Source: Planctomycetota bacterium
Lineage (GTDB): Bacteria; Planctomycetota; B15-G4; JADJEK01
DNA length: 19,762 nt
Reading direction: 5' to 3'
NCBI GenBank assembly: GCA_044225365.1
Contig: JBGAIQ010000081.1
Location: forward strand, 1-19,762
Shown: piece by piece, positions 1-6,491 of the stretch
How positions within the stretch are numbered: position 1 is the stretch's first letter
How the letters are laid out: each line of letters begins with the position of its first letter
The notes under the pieces: generated by a model
The model's input: the letters and a program-made list of their open reading frames with translations, nothing else
What the model was told of the DNA's origin: nothing
Database searches by the model: none
Translations under genes and position numbers: made by a program

Positions 1-62
1 CCGCCGGGCTCCGCCCGGCATCGATTGGGAAGAACGGATGCCACGCGGGAGCGTGGCGGTCC
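1..62. repeat. Inverted pair of GGACC-tagged REP-like hairpins (first copy cut by the window edge)
   Basis: 1..20 reads ccGCCGGGC-tcc-GCCCGGCa (matches GGACC-GCCGGGC-tct-GCCCGGC at 4.8-5.0 kb). 36..62 on the minus strand reads GGACC-GCCACGC-tccc-GCGTGGC-atcc, nearly identical to 4791..4816. Lies just past the stop of the anti-sigma gene. Confidence 0.8.
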
Positions 63-71
63 GCCGATCGC

Positions 72-932
72 TCACTTCGAGTTCAGCGGTTCGAGCTTGC
101 CCTCGCGGACGAACACCACGTCGCCGGGCGCGAGCTTGCGGTCGCCGATCGCGGCCGAGCCGCGAAGCAGGGCGATGCGCAGCCGGGGCGGAGCGGACGT
201 CTTCACGTTGCGCAGATCCTCGTAGCCGAACTCGCAAGTGCCGGATTCCAGTTCGAGTGTGATGCCCTCGCCCGCGAGCGAAAGCCTCGAACCGGACGGA
301 AGGGCGGCCACGAGGTCGCCCTCGTAGAGTTTCGCCGCGCCGCCGTCGACGAGCCCGACCTGCGAGCGCTCGAACATCGTGAGGGTGCCCCCGCCGTCGA
401 GAGTGACGATCGCGGACGCGCCGCTCTCGATTCCGAGCGTGTCGCCGCGATCGATCCGCGCGCCGACTTCGATGCGGTCGCCGCCCTTGCTGGCCGGGGC
501 GTAGCGGACGACGTCTCCGCGCGCGACGCTGAGCGTGGCGATGCCCGGCCCCGCCTTCTTCCCGATGGCGATCGGGGGCGAAGTGCTCGGACTCGGCGAG
601 GAGAGTCGATTCGCAATCTCGTCGCACAACGCCGCGAGAATGACGAGCGAGGCGAGCGCGAGCAATGTGAGCCCGATCAGGATCGGCCAGGAGATCCGCT
701 CGGGATCGATCTTCCGCGACCCGCGCAGTCTCTCGACCAGCGCGTCGTCGTTCCCGTCGATCGTGGTCGGGCGCGGCAATGCCTGCAGCGAAGCGTCGAG
801 GGCCTCGAGCCCTTTCCATTCACGGGCGAGATCGGAGTCCGTCTCGAGGCGGCTTTCGATCGCGGCGCGATCGGCCGCGTCGAGCGCGCCGTCGAGATAC
901 GCGTTCAACAGTTCGAGGTCGCGGTCGTTCAC
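72..932 (-). CDS. Transmembrane anti-sigma factor with C-terminal FecR-like domain
   Basis: N-terminal LLNAYLDGALDAADRAAIESRL resembles anti-sigma (zf-HC2-like) domains but has no HxxxCxxC. One hydrophobic segment (WPILIGLTLLALASLVILAAL), then a FecR-like beta region (GDTLGIESGASAIVTLDGGGTL). GTG start overlaps the sigma stop (GTGA at 929..932). Confidence 0.8.
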   Translation of the reverse strand: MNDRDLELLNAYLDGALDAADRAAIESRLETDSDLAREWKGLEALDASLQALPRPTTIDGNDDALVERLRGSRKIDPERISWPILIGLTLLALASLVILAALCDEIANRLSSPSPSTSPPIAIGKKAGPGIATLSVARGDVVRYAPASKGGDRIEVGARIDRGDTLGIESGASAIVTLDGGGTLTMFERSQVGLVDGGAAKLYEGDLVAALPSGSRLSLAGEGITLELESGTCEFGYEDLRNVKTSAPPRLRIALLRGSAAIGDRKLAPGDVVFVREGKLEPLNSK

Positions 933-1456
933 GAGGCGCCCTCCCCGAGGAAGTCGCGGAGGAGCCTGCGAGCGACGGCGAGCCGGGCGTTCACCGCGGC
1001 CTCGGAGATCCCGAGCGTCGCCGCGATCTCGCGATACGAGCGATCGGCGAAGTAGAACAGCGCGAGCGCATCGCGGTGGATCTCAGGGAGCGCGCGGAGC
1101 GCCGTGATCAGGCGGTCGTCCGTTTCCCTCGCCGTCTCCGTCTTTTCGGTTGGCTCGGCAATCGCGTCGATCGAGACTTCGCTGCGCGCGCGCGCCTTGC
1201 GAAAGTCCGCGCAGACCCGCACCGCGATGCCGGCGAGGAAGCTGCCGAAGCTCTCCCTCCGCTCCAGCGTGGGCAACAGGCGAAATGCGCGCAGGAACGT
1301 CTCCTGGACCATGTCTTCGACCGGCCCGTTCCTTGGTAGGCGGGACCAACAGAGCGCCCGCAGCCGGCGCGCGTGGCGACGGACGAGCTCTTCTCTCGCG
1401 GAGTCGGCGGACGAATCACCCGCCAAGGAACGTGCGACCAGTTCGGCGTCGTTCAC
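929..1456 (-). CDS. ECF-type sigma-70 family RNA polymerase sigma factor (ECF-1)
   Basis: DAELVARSLAGD, region 2 VEDMVQETFLRAF and FGSFLAGIAVRVCADFRK, region 4 ALRALPEIHRDALALFYFADRSYREIAATLGISEAAVNARL. GTG at 1456 preferred over the ORF-track start at 1543 because the typical ECF N-terminus begins there. Confidence 0.93.
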   Translation of the reverse strand: MNDAELVARSLAGDSSADSAREELVRRHARRLRALCWSRLPRNGPVEDMVQETFLRAFRLLPTLERRESFGSFLAGIAVRVCADFRKARARSEVSIDAIAEPTEKTETARETDDRLITALRALPEIHRDALALFYFADRSYREIAATLGISEAAVNARLAVARRLLRDFLGEGAS

Positions 1457-1471
1457 GGATCTGCAATGTGA

Positions 1472-1530
1472 AGTGGATCGACTCGCGTTTTCCACGAATC
1501 CGTTTCGTGTTTTTTCGCGCTCGATCCACT
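1472..1530. promoter_or_regulatory. Long imperfect inverted repeat in the divergent ECF-1 / hypothetical-gene promoter region
   Basis: AGTGGATCGA (1472..1481) / TCGATCCACT (1521..1530); CGCG (1484..1487) / CGCG (1516..1519); CACGAA (1493..1498) / TTCGTG (1504..1509). Confidence 0.6.
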
Positions 1531-1574
1531 GAAGAGCCGGCAACGCAGATCGAAGGACGACTCAGGAGGCTTCC

Positions 1575-2759
1575 ATGCTCTCTCTCTCACTCATCGCACC
1601 CGTCCTCGCGGGTCTCTTCGCCGGTCCCGGCGCGACGTATTCGGTCCACGAATGGGGGACCTTCACGATGGTGATCGATACGGACGGCAAGCAACTCGAC
1701 TGGTTCCGGCCGCTGCTCACCGAGCCGCTCCCCGCGTTCGTGCATCGCGGCGAATTCGTGAAGGAGCGCTGCGACTATCCGGTGCGCATGGAGACGCCCG
1801 TCCTTTACTTCCACACGAGCGAGCGCCTCGTCGCGAACGTGACCGTCCGTTTCGACGAGGCTGTCGAAGGCAAGATGACGGAGTGGTTCCCGATGGCGAT
1901 CGACACCCGCGAACAGAGCGCGCTCGAATGGCACGACGTCCGCGTCGATCCGCAGTCGACCGCGCCGTTCCCGACCGAACTCGGCGGCGATCACTACTAC
2001 GCGGCACGGGCCGCTGCGGCCGCGCCCCTCGGCGTCGACGTGGGCAAGGGCGCGAGCGAGAACGAGAAGTTCCTGTTCTATCGCGGTGTCGCGCGCTTTT
2101 CCCTCCCGTTGAAAGTGACGCAGGACGGCTCGCGCGTACGCATCGCGAACGAGGGCTCGGAGACGTGCGGCCACGCGTTCCTCTATTCGCGTTCCAAGGA
2201 GCAGGGAAGTCTCGTGGATCTCGGCGAGTTGCGACCGGGCGCCGTCTCGATCGTCGATCGGGCCGCGCAGAAGCCGACTCAACGCATCGATCTCCTGCCG
2301 CTCGAGAACGCGCTCGTCGCCGAAGGTCTCTTCCGCGACGAAGCGGCCGCGATGATCTCGACGTGGAGGAACAGTTGGTTCGAGGACGGCGTACGCGTTC
2401 TCTTCACGCTCCCCCAAAAGACGACGGACCGGCTCCTTCCCCTGTCGATCACACCGCCGCCCGAGCGGGTCGAGCGAGTGATGGTCGGCCGCTACGAGAT
2501 CGTCACGCCCGCGATGCGCGAGGACATCGTCGCGCTCGGGGAGAAGCTGCTGCGCGCGACGCCGAACGACGATGCGCTCGCGACGCTCGCGAGTCGCTAC
2601 GGTCGAACCGCGTTCGCGGTGCTCGCCCGCGATGCCGCGGACATCGCGAACGAAGATCCCGATCGTGCGGCGCAGCGCAGTCAGGCGGCGTGGTCGCTCG
2701 CGGCCTTCCAGGTGGCGCGTCAGGACGAACGAATCGGGCAGCACGCCGAAGGGAACTGA
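1575..2759 (+). CDS. Secreted conserved hypothetical protein (HEWGTFT / RMETPVLYF / EKFLFYRG motifs)
   Basis: Strong RBS AGGAGG at 1564..1569; hydrophobic signal-peptide-like N-terminus; motifs HEWGTFT, VRMETPVLYF, HYYAAR, EKFLFYRGV, GLFRDEAAAMISTWRNSWF that I recall from an uncharacterised family in Planctomycetes/Acidobacteria-type genomes. Confidence 0.85.
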   Translation: MLSLSLIAPVLAGLFAGPGATYSVHEWGTFTMVIDTDGKQLDWFRPLLTEPLPAFVHRGEFVKERCDYPVRMETPVLYFHTSERLVANVTVRFDEAVEGKMTEWFPMAIDTREQSALEWHDVRVDPQSTAPFPTELGGDHYYAARAAAAAPLGVDVGKGASENEKFLFYRGVARFSLPLKVTQDGSRVRIANEGSETCGHAFLYSRSKEQGSLVDLGELRPGAVSIVDRAAQKPTQRIDLLPLENALVAEGLFRDEAAAMISTWRNSWFEDGVRVLFTLPQKTTDRLLPLSITPPPERVERVMVGRYEIVTPAMREDIVALGEKLLRATPNDDALATLASRYGRTAFAVLARDAADIANEDPDRAAQRSQAAWSLAAFQVARQDERIGQHAEGN

Positions 2760-2829
2760 CGCTCCTCCGTTCGATCGCGACGTTTGGGATTCGCCCGCCG
2801 AGCGGTTCGCGAATAGAATCGCGGATCCG

Positions 2830-4782
2830 ATGGCGGTTTCCAAACTCGCGTCCTTCTTCGTGATCGCCGGCTCACTCGTCGTGGTGCGCGCGCATGCGTA
2901 CCCGCACGAGGATCGCGAGCCGGCGACGGCGAGATCCCATTGGTCCTTCGAGGTCCCGGCCGCGCACCCGCTCCCGCAACTTCGAGACAAGGACTGGTCG
3001 CGCGTGAAGCACGACGCGTTCATCGAGGAACGTCTCGAACGGGAAGGGTTGACGCACGCGCGCCCCGAGGATCCCGCGCGCCTCCTGCGACGCGCGGCGA
3101 TCGATCTCACCGGACTGCCGCCGTCGCACGAAGACATCGCAGCGTTCGTCGCGACTCCGATGGGTGTGGCCGATGCGGCGTATGCGGCGGCCGTCGATCG
3201 ATTCCTCGCATCACCTGCGTACGGCGAGCGCTTCGCTCGCGTGTGGCTCGACCTGTTCCGGCATGCCGACACGAAAGGCTACGAGAAGGATCTTCGACGC
3301 CCGATTTGGCCGTTTCGCGACTGGCTGATCCGGGCTTTGAACGCCGACCGGTCTCTTCCCCAGTTCACCGAAGCGATGCTCGCCGGCGATCTGCTTCCGT
3401 CGCCCACGGAGGACGACATCCTCGCGACCGCGATGAACCGCGAGACCATGGAGAACGACGAAGGCGGCACCGACGACGAGGAGTTCCGGATCGCGGCCGT
3501 GAAGGATCGCACCGACACGACGATGCAGGTCTTCATGGGCCTCACGTTCGGCTGCGCGAAGTGCCACAGCCACAAGTACGACCCGATCTCGCAGACCGAG
3601 TACTACCAGACGCTCGCATTCTTCGATCAGAGCGAGGATGCAGACCGCTTCGACGACGCGCCGACCGTTCCGTACTCCGGCGAGGGCGCGAAGGGCGCGC
3701 CCGTCCAGGTGCCGGTGATGCGCGAGCTCGCGGGCGACAAGCGGCGCACGACGCAAGTGCACCTCCGCGGCAACTTCCTCGACAAGGGTGCGGTCGTCAC
3801 TCCCGCGACGCCGGCCTTCCTTCCCGCGATGGAGAAGGACGAGCCACGAAATCGCCTCGGCCTCGCGCACTGGATCACGTCGCGCGACAACCCGCTCACT
3901 GCCCGCGTCCTCGTGAATCGCATCTGGGCGCAGTTCTTCGGGCGCGGGATCGTGGAGACGGAGGAGGATTTCGGAACGCAGGGGACGAATCCGAGCCATC
4001 CGGAGTTGCTCGACGATCTCGCGGTGCGATTCGTCGAGAACGGCCAATCGATGAAATGGCTGTGTCGTGAGATCGCGCTCTCCGCGACGTATCGGCAATC
4101 GTCGATCGCGAGCGACGAGGCGCTGAGCAAGGACCCGGACAACCGCCTCCTCAGCCATGGTCCGCGCGTGCGTCTCGACGCCGAGATGGTGCGCGATCAA
4201 GCGCTCGCCGTCGCTGGGCTGCTCTCGGCCAGGATGTACGGCCCGCCCGTCATGCCGCGTCAGCCCGACGGGATTTGGGCGGTCGTGTACAGCGACGATC
4301 AATGGAGGACGAGCCCCGGCGGGGACGCTCATCGTCGTAGCGTGTACACGTTCATTCGACGCACGTCGGCGTATCCCGCTCTACTCACCTTCGACGCGCC
4401 GACTCGCGAGAAATGCACGGTGCGACGCGTGACGACGAACACGCCGCTGCAGGCGCTCGTGACGCTGAACGACCCCGTGTTCGTGGAGTGCGCGCAGGGC
4501 CTCGCGCGGAGGGTTTTCGGAGAAGGCGGCGCGACGGAGGCGATCGCGGCGCGAATGTTCCGCTACGCGACTGCACGCGAGCCGACGGGCGAGGAATCGG
4601 CATTGCTGACGAGCCTCTACGAGGGTCGTGTCGCGTACTACGCGACCGATCTCGCGGCGGCCGCGCAGATGGCGGAGGAACCGCTCGGAAGGCTCGAGAA
4701 TCGGGCGAACGCGCCGCAGCTCGCGGCGTGGACGAACGTCGCGAACGTCGTGCTCAATCTCGACGAGGTGCTGACGCGATGA
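2830..4782 (+). CDS. DUF1549 (PSCyt2) + DUF1553 (PSD1) domain protein with one CxxCH motif
   Basis: HWSF, DAFIEERL, LLRRAAIDLTGLPP, SPAYGERFARVWLDL, FMGLTFGCAKCHSHKYDPI, NRLGLAHWI, NPLTARVLVNRIW, PSHPELLDDLA, RLDAEMVRDQAL, RRSVY, TNTPLQALVTLND. ATG 2830 gives a signal-peptide-like N-terminus; the ORF-track start at 2572 overlaps the previous gene. Confidence 0.92.
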   Translation: MAVSKLASFFVIAGSLVVVRAHAYPHEDREPATARSHWSFEVPAAHPLPQLRDKDWSRVKHDAFIEERLEREGLTHARPEDPARLLRRAAIDLTGLPPSHEDIAAFVATPMGVADAAYAAAVDRFLASPAYGERFARVWLDLFRHADTKGYEKDLRRPIWPFRDWLIRALNADRSLPQFTEAMLAGDLLPSPTEDDILATAMNRETMENDEGGTDDEEFRIAAVKDRTDTTMQVFMGLTFGCAKCHSHKYDPISQTEYYQTLAFFDQSEDADRFDDAPTVPYSGEGAKGAPVQVPVMRELAGDKRRTTQVHLRGNFLDKGAVVTPATPAFLPAMEKDEPRNRLGLAHWITSRDNPLTARVLVNRIWAQFFGRGIVETEEDFGTQGTNPSHPELLDDLAVRFVENGQSMKWLCREIALSATYRQSSIASDEALSKDPDNRLLSHGPRVRLDAEMVRDQALAVAGLLSARMYGPPVMPRQPDGIWAVVYSDDQWRTSPGGDAHRRSVYTFIRRTSAYPALLTFDAPTREKCTVRRVTTNTPLQALVTLNDPVFVECAQGLARRVFGEGGATEAIAARMFRYATAREPTGEESALLTSLYEGRVAYYATDLAAAAQMAEEPLGRLENRANAPQLAAWTNVANVVLNLDEVLTR

Positions 4783-4790
4783 GGTTGATT

Positions 4791-4987
4791 GGACCGCCAC
4801 GCTCTGCGTGGCATCCTGCCGGGCAGAGCCCGGCGGTCCGAATACGGGCGGGTGGCATGCAGCCGGGCAGAGCCCGGCGGTCCGGGGAAGCTGGGACCGC
4901 CACGCGCCTTTGTGGCATGCAGCCGGGCCGAGCCCGGCGGTCCGAATACGGGTGGGTGGCATGCAGCCGGGCAGAGCCCGGCGGTCC
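4791..4987. repeat. Cluster of REP-like hairpin repeats (two ~103-104 bp higher-order units, four 32-bp cores)
   Basis: GTGGCATGCAGCCGGGCAGAGCCCGGCGGTCC-type core at 4808..4839, 4852..4883, 4912..4943 and 4956..4987; GGACCGCCACGC heads at 4791 and 4894; linker GAATACGGG(C/T)GG occurs twice. Confidence 0.9.
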
Positions 4988-5018
4988 AGTGGTCCGGCGA
5001 TGAAGCGACGGGACGCCC

Positions 5019-6491
5019 ATGATTGAAGTCCCGGATGGCAACGACGCGATCTCGCGCCGGGCGTTCCTCGCGCGATCCGGGATCTCCCTCGGTTCGATCG
5101 CCTTCTCGACGCTGCTCTCGCGCGACGCGAAGGCGAATCCCGCCGCCGCGTTCGCGCCGAAGGCGCGGTCGGTCATCTATCTCCACATGGCGGGATCGCC
5201 GTCGCAGCTCGATCTCTTCGATCCCAAGCCCGAGCTGAAGAAGTGGGACGGCAAGCCCTGTCCGCAGCAGTTTCTCGAGGGCAAGCGCTTCGCGTTCATC
5301 AAGGGCATCCCGAACCTGCTCGCGTCGCCGTTCGAGTTCGATCGCTGCGGCAGGTCGGGAATGGAACTCTCGCGCCTTTGGAAGCACTTGCCGCGCGTCG
5401 CCGACGACATCTGTCTCGTGCGATCGATGACGACGGATCAGTTCAATCATGCGCCGGCGCAGTTGATGCTGCAGACGGGAACGCCACAGTTCGGCGGCGC
5501 CGCGCTCGGCGCGTGGGTGAGCTACGGACTCGGGCGCATGGCCGACGATCTACCGACGTTCGTCGTCCTCGCGAGCGGCGGCAAGGCGCCCGATTCGGGC
5601 AAGAGCATCTGGGGCAGCGGATATCTGCCGGGCATCCATCAGGGGGTGCAATGTCGCAGCCCCGGCGAGCCCGTGCTCTTCGCATCGGATCCGAAAGGCC
5701 TCGACCGCAAGGGCCGTCGCGAGACGCTCGACGTCCTGAACTCGCTGAACGCGCTCACGAAGAGTCGGGTGCGCGATCCGGAAACGGCGACGCGGATCGC
5801 GCAGTACGAGCTCGCGTTTCGGATGCAGTCCGCGGTTCCCGACGTGATGGACATCACGAGGGAACCGGCCGAGACGCTCGAACTCTACGGCGCCCGTCCG
5901 GGCCATGTGAGCAATCTCGAAGGCGCCAACGATCCACGGCCGATCACGAAAGGCGACGATCCGACCCTCGCGAACAACTGTCTGCTCGCACGGCGACTCG
6001 TCGAGCGCGGTGTGCGCTTCGTGCAGATCTACGACTGGGGTTGGGACCATCACGGCGTCTCGCCCGGTGAGGACATCGACCATCACCTGCCGCTGAAAGT
6101 GCAGCAGATCGATCGCGCGGTCACGGGACTGCTCCTCGACCTGAAGCGCCGCGGAATGCTGGATTCGACGCTCGTCGTCTTCTCGGGCGAATTCGGCCGA
6201 ACTCCGATGCGGCAGAACGCGGGCGCGCAGTGGATGGGTCGCGATCACCATCCGTTCGCATTCTCGCTCTTCCTCGCGGGGGGTGGCTTCAGGGGCGGAT
6301 GCGTCCACGGCGAGACCGACGAGATGGGCTACTACGTCGTGAAGGACGAGGTCACGGTCCGCGATCTGCAGGCGACGCTCTTACATCAGCTCGGGCTCGA
6401 CGCGTGGAAGCTCACCTATCCGTATCAGGGTCTCGATCAGCGCTACATCGGGCCGGAGGGCAAGGCGCGCGTCGTCACCGAGATCGTTTGA
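5019..6491 (+). CDS. DUF1501 domain protein (sulfatase-like superfamily), Tat-exported
   Basis: Twin-arginine motif SRRAFL; KARSVIYLHMAGSPSQLDLFDPKP, FNHAPAQ, GAWVSYGLG, YELAFRMQ, CLLARRLVERGVRFVQ, WDHH, GEFGRTP, GRDHHP. Canonical partner of the upstream DUF1553 gene. Confidence 0.93.
   Translation: MIEVPDGNDAISRRAFLARSGISLGSIAFSTLLSRDAKANPAAAFAPKARSVIYLHMAGSPSQLDLFDPKPELKKWDGKPCPQQFLEGKRFAFIKGIPNLLASPFEFDRCGRSGMELSRLWKHLPRVADDICLVRSMTTDQFNHAPAQLMLQTGTPQFGGAALGAWVSYGLGRMADDLPTFVVLASGGKAPDSGKSIWGSGYLPGIHQGVQCRSPGEPVLFASDPKGLDRKGRRETLDVLNSLNALTKSRVRDPETATRIAQYELAFRMQSAVPDVMDITREPAETLELYGARPGHVSNLEGANDPRPITKGDDPTLANNCLLARRLVERGVRFVQIYDWGWDHHGVSPGEDIDHHLPLKVQQIDRAVTGLLLDLKRRGMLDSTLVVFSGEFGRTPMRQNAGAQWMGRDHHPFAFSLFLAGGGFRGGCVHGETDEMGYYVVKDEVTVRDLQATLLHQLGLDAWKLTYPYQGLDQRYIGPEGKARVVTEIV

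Noticed and set aside
2572-2829. N-terminal extension of the DUF1553 ORF
   Set aside because: Overlaps the upstream gene by 188 bp and is Arg/Ser-rich; ATG 2830 gives a signal-peptide-like start with a -10-like hexamer before it.
4808-4987. Four 32-bp palindromic repeats resembling a CRISPR array
   Set aside because: Spacers are 12, 28 and 12 nt, the first and third are near-identical, the middle one contains repeat sequence, no cas genes are present, and related hairpins occur elsewhere; it fits a REP-like cluster.
4754-5176. Short ORFs across the repeat cluster (4789..5022, 4808..5026, 4754..5176)
   Set aside because: Translations only mirror the DNA repeats; no RBS or protein-like features.
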